Program-made: the position numbers and the translations under genes
Notes under the pieces: generated by a model
The model's input: only the letters and a program-made list of their open reading frames with translations
The model's database searches: none
Told to the model about the DNA's origin: nothing
Source of the DNA: a virus
Lineage: Duplodnaviria > Caudoviricetes
DNA length: 64,000 bases
Virus record (IMG/VR): IMGVR_UViG_3300032167_000006
Direction: 5' to 3' (one strand)
In this document: positions 60,454 to 64,000 of the stretch, in pieces
How positions within the stretch are numbered: the stretch's first letter is position 1
Layout: each line of letters begins with the position of its first letter

Positions 60454-62790
60454 ATGGCTAAGAAATATGGTGAAAACTCTACAGTAGATTTTGCTGCTGG
60501 AAACTTAATGTCATTTGGTAAATCATTTTCAAGACTTAGCGGTCAGCCTCTTGACAAATCTGAAATTTGGTATAATGACCTTGAAGCTCTTAGAGCATAC
60601 GCTCTTACAGATGCTGCATTCGTAGGTCAGAAAGTTGTTTATATTGATACAACTGCTAGCACTGTAACTCATTACAGCATTGAGCTTGATGGTTCTCTTA
60701 AAGAGATTGGTGTTAAGCCACTTGGCGATGCTGCATCAATTACAGTTAGTGAGGCCGGTGTTGTTAGTCTTAAGAATTTTGGTGTTGAGTATTATAGACT
60801 TCTTACTAGTGATGAGGAAGGTTATAAAGAAGGCGAAGCAACTTATGTTCTTCAGACTGTAGACGCTGATCATCCTTGGAAGAGTGGTCTTGTTCCGAGA
60901 GTACTTGATGGTGCTATCGCTTGGTATGAGCCTTCTAACGTAACTGTTGAGGGTCTTAATGATACAGTAGGTTCATTACAGACTTCAGTAGATGCTAATG
61001 AGCAGGCTATTGGTGCTCTTGAAACTGTAGTTGGCGATGCTACTTCTGGTCTTGTAAAAGAAGTTGCTGATAATAAGGCTGCTTTTGATGCTTTTGCTGA
61101 AGAGCATACTTACACTGATGATGATATCGATGCTAAAGTAGCTGGCGCTTTCCACTTCCGTGGTGATGCTGAGCTTGAAGTTGGCGAAGATGAAGCTTGG
61201 ACAGGTAATCTTGTTAAAGATGGAGCTGTAATTGCTTCTCCTATAAATGGCGATGTATATCAGGTTGGCGAAGTAGAGTACGCTTATGATGGTTCTAAGT
61301 GGGTTAAGCTTGGTTTTACTCTTGATCTTACAGGTTATGCTACAAAGATTGAGCTTAATACTGCTAAGGAAGATCTCCAGGGTCAGGTAGATGATTTAGT
61401 AGATGCTGATGAGGCTCTTGCTGAAAAAGATACTGAGCTTGAAGGTTTAATTGGCGGTCTTCGTACAGATGTTGATGCTATCAATAATGAGACTTCTGGT
61501 GCTGTTGCAACTGCTAAGGCTTATACAGATGATGAAATCTCTAAACTTAATGTAAGTCAGTATGCAACAACTGAGGCTCTTGGTGAGACTAATGAAGCTG
61601 TAGCTGCTAATACTGGCTTGATTACAGAGCATAAGACTCTTCTTGATACAGTTAAGGCTACTGCAGATGCTGCTGCTACACAGACAGTTGTTAATGCTAT
61701 AGATGAGAGACTTAAGACAGCTGAAGCTGGTGTTAGTACAAATGCTGGTAATATTACTACCAATACTAATGCTATTTCTGCTCTTCAGACATCACAGGCT
61801 ACTCAGGATACAGCTATCGAGAAGAATAAGACAGACCTTGCCGATTTAACAAAAACTGTTGGTACAAACACATCAGATATATCTGGCATTAAAGGACAGA
61901 TTACTTCTATTTCAGAAGCATCTAGTAAGAATACTTCAGATCTTGCTGCTCTTACAACTAGAGTAGATACAGCTGAAGGTACTATTGCTGGACATACAAC
62001 AAGTATTGGCGATAATGCTACTGCTATAGCAGGTAATAAATCACTTATTGATGCTCTTACACCTAGAGTTACTGCTGTAGAGGGTAAAGTTACAACTCTT
62101 GAGTCTGATAATACAACTAATAAATCTGCTATCTCTGCTCTTCAGGGCTTAGTTGGTGTTAAGGCTGAAGGTGAAACTGCTGCTACTGGTCTTCATAAGG
62201 CTGTAGATGATTTGGCTGCTGTTGTTGATACTAAAGCTAACACTAACGATGTATATAGCAAGACTGCCGCAGATGAAGCTATTGCTGCTGCTGTAGCTGC
62301 TGTAGATCATCTTAAGAGAAAGATTGTTGAAGCTCTCCCTGAAGTTGCTTCTGCTGATGCTAATACCATTTACATGGTTAAAGATGCTGATGCTAAGGGT
62401 GATGATAAGTATAAGGAATACATGGTTATTGATGGTGCATTTGCTTGCATTGGCGATACAACTGTAGACCTTACAAATTACGTTCAGAAAGATGATACAA
62501 CTTATACAACAGCTCTTCAGGATATTACTAATCTTAAGAATGTAGGTTCTCAGGCTAACGTACTTGAAGCTGTAAAAGTTAATGGTATAGCTCTTGAGAT
62601 AACTGATAAGGCTGTTAACATCGGTATTGCTACAGATACTGTTCTTGGTGTTGTTCTTAGCAGCACTGCAGATAATAAAGTTTCTGTTGGTGCTGACGGT
62701 ACAATGGAAGTTAATAAATTAAATGTAAATAAGCTTGTTCAGACTGAAGGCGAAGAGCTTATTCTCTTTGGCGGTACTTCTGCTAACTAA
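60454..62790 (+). CDS. long coiled-coil tail fibre
   Basis: PLD module, long A/T/N-rich heptads, IVEALP..A..NTIYMV...YKEY motif. Confidence 0.75.
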   Translation: MAKKYGENSTVDFAAGNLMSFGKSFSRLSGQPLDKSEIWYNDLEALRAYALTDAAFVGQKVVYIDTTASTVTHYSIELDGSLKEIGVKPLGDAASITVSEAGVVSLKNFGVEYYRLLTSDEEGYKEGEATYVLQTVDADHPWKSGLVPRVLDGAIAWYEPSNVTVEGLNDTVGSLQTSVDANEQAIGALETVVGDATSGLVKEVADNKAAFDAFAEEHTYTDDDIDAKVAGAFHFRGDAELEVGEDEAWTGNLVKDGAVIASPINGDVYQVGEVEYAYDGSKWVKLGFTLDLTGYATKIELNTAKEDLQGQVDDLVDADEALAEKDTELEGLIGGLRTDVDAINNETSGAVATAKAYTDDEISKLNVSQYATTEALGETNEAVAANTGLITEHKTLLDTVKATADAAATQTVVNAIDERLKTAEAGVSTNAGNITTNTNAISALQTSQATQDTAIEKNKTDLADLTKTVGTNTSDISGIKGQITSISEASSKNTSDLAALTTRVDTAEGTIAGHTTSIGDNATAIAGNKSLIDALTPRVTAVEGKVTTLESDNTTNKSAISALQGLVGVKAEGETAATGLHKAVDDLAAVVDTKANTNDVYSKTAADEAIAAAVAAVDHLKRKIVEALPEVASADANTIYMVKDADAKGDDKYKEYMVIDGAFACIGDTTVDLTNYVQKDDTTYTTALQDITNLKNVGSQANVLEAVKVNGIALEITDKAVNIGIATDTVLGVVLSSTADNKVSVGADGTMEVNKLNVNKLVQTEGEELILFGGTSAN

Positions 62791-62801
62791 TTAAAATAAA
62801 T

Positions 62802-62833
62802 TATAGAGAGGGTAAATAAATACCCTCTCTATA
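62802..62833 (+). terminator. hairpin between fibre genes
   Basis: TATAGAGAGGGTA-AATAAA-TACCCTCTCTATA. Confidence 0.7.
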
Positions 62834-62878
62834 TTTTAAATATATAAATAAAAATAAATTAAAGGAGATATATTTAAT

Positions 62879-64000
62879 ATGGCTGAAAAGAAATTAAATA
62901 CACGCATAGCCCTTAAAATTGATACACTTGAAGCGTGGGAGTCTTCCTCTTTACCTCTTAAGAAAGGCGAGGTTGCTCTTGCAACAACAACTCATGGTTC
63001 AAAGAATATAGTTCTTATGAAGGTTGCTGACACTGAAGGTCAGGTTTGGTCAGCTATTCCGGATTTCGTTTATGCTAGAGCTGCTGATGTTCTTGATGTA
63101 TGTAAAGATGCTAACGATCTTACCGCATTTATCAATAACCTTATCAATGCTGCTAACTTTACAGATAATGATGCATTCAAAGCACTTGAGCAGGATGTTT
63201 CAGATAATGCTGATGCTATTGAAGTTCTCAATGGCACTGTAGATACTGCAGGTTCTGTTGCTAAAGCTATCAAGGATGCTATCGATGCTCTTGATCTTGC
63301 TAACACATATGCTGCTAAAGAGCATGATCATGTAGTTGCTGATATTACTGATTTTGATACTGCAGTAAAAGCTTATGGTTATGCTTTAGATTCAGAACTT
63401 GATGCGGTTGCTGAGGATCTTGGTGAGGAAGTAACTCGTGCTACACAGGCTGAAGAGGCTCTTGCTGGTCGTGTTAAGACTTTAGAAGATTCTAAAGATG
63501 CATATGTTGCTGCTGATACTGCTCTTAAGACAGAGCTTGCAGCTAGCATCAAATCTACAGATGACAAGATTACTGCATTCTTAAAGGATGCTGATATGAC
63601 TGAGAAAGCTGTAGATACATTAGCAGAACTTCAGAATTATATTACAACTCATGGCAATGAAGCATCAGGCATGCTTGAAGATATTGCGGCTAACACCAAA
63701 GCTATTGGCGATGAAGTAACACGTGCTACAGGTGCTGAAGAAGCTCTTGCTGGTCGTGTTAAGACTTTAGAAGATCATAAAGATGATTATGTTGGTGCTG
63801 ACACTGCTCTTAAATCAGAACTCGAAGGTAAAATCAATGCAATTGATAACCACTCACATGAGAACAAGACAGTTCTTGATGGTATTACAGCTGAGAAAGT
63901 TTCAGCTTGGGATGCTGCTGAGAAGAATGCAAAAGATTATGCTGATGGTCTTGCAGATAATTACGATGCTGCTGGTTCAGCTGCTGATGCTCTTCAGGAT
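62879..64000 (+). CDS. fibre protein with Mtd-N-like N-terminus, truncated by the window end
   Basis: AAGGAG RBS; MAEKKLNTRIALKIDTLEAWE...LKKGEVA...MKV; open to the window end; not in the ORF track. Confidence 0.8.
   Translation, partial: MAEKKLNTRIALKIDTLEAWESSSLPLKKGEVALATTTHGSKNIVLMKVADTEGQVWSAIPDFVYARAADVLDVCKDANDLTAFINNLINAANFTDNDAFKALEQDVSDNADAIEVLNGTVDTAGSVAKAIKDAIDALDLANTYAAKEHDHVVADITDFDTAVKAYGYALDSELDAVAEDLGEEVTRATQAEEALAGRVKTLEDSKDAYVAADTALKTELAASIKSTDDKITAFLKDADMTEKAVDTLAELQNYITTHGNEASGMLEDIAANTKAIGDEVTRATGAEEALAGRVKTLEDHKDDYVGADTALKSELEGKINAIDNHSHENKTVLDGITAEKVSAWDAAEKNAKDYADGLADNYDAAGSAADALQD
63428..63823 (+). repeat. intragenic direct repeat, 285-nt offset
   Basis: EVTRATQAEEALAGRVKTLED at 63428 and EVTRATGAEEALAGRVKTLED at 63713; identical 33 nt at 63458-63490 and 63743-63775. 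Confidence 0.85.

Noticed and set aside
84-63567. Many short antisense or overlapping ORFs in the track (e.g. 84-266, 1212-1418, 5245-5433, 36648-37043, 46616-46960)
   Set aside because: They are shadows of real genes or span terminators, lack an RBS and have AT-drift composition.
1-64000. Stop-codon recoding as in some gut jumbo phages
   Set aside because: Long genes are intact and densely packed in the standard code; TAG and TGA both end genes at sensible positions.
58737-64000. Diversity-generating retroelement suggested by the Mtd-N domains
   Set aside because: No reverse transcriptase and no template/variable repeat pair with adenine-specific differences; the 63428/63713 repeat is an ordinary in-frame duplication.
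1-64000. Chimallin/PhuZ phage-nucleus genes
   Set aside because: No tubulin signature or recognisable chimallin in this window; they cannot be excluded elsewhere in the genome.

Overview
A 64-kb AT-rich segment of a jumbo phage of the phiKZ/AR9(PBS1)-like type, read with the standard genetic code. The host is most likely an anaerobic, probably spore-forming Firmicute: the window has class III RNR, GGAGG ribosome-binding sites, an LL-H-type holin and a Spo0A-like domain. Transcription genes: two split multisubunit RNA polymerase beta' genes. Replication genes: DnaB-like helicase, SbcD/Mre11, a PD-(D/E)xK nuclease, RNase H and a stand-alone PolB-like palm protein. Nucleotide supply is complete for dTTP (nrdD, nrdG, thyA, DHFR, tmk, MazG-like). 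There are many virion, baseplate and fibre genes and three holin-like genes. The intergenic DNA shows a clear regulatory grammar: 19 copies of RACA-N6-TA(A), matching the AR9 late-promoter consensus, an AT-rich early-type motif, and about 20 GC-rich hairpins. The best candidate for an undescribed system is a terminator-bounded five-gene operon (23470-28119): RNase H, a protein with a Q/N/Y/G/P prion-like N-terminus, a kinase-fold protein with Zn ribbon and acidic tail, and two tandem DUF488-like proteins. All functional calls come from motif recognition by eye; no database searches were run. No tRNA, rRNA, CRISPR array, intron, intein or reverse transcriptase was recognised.
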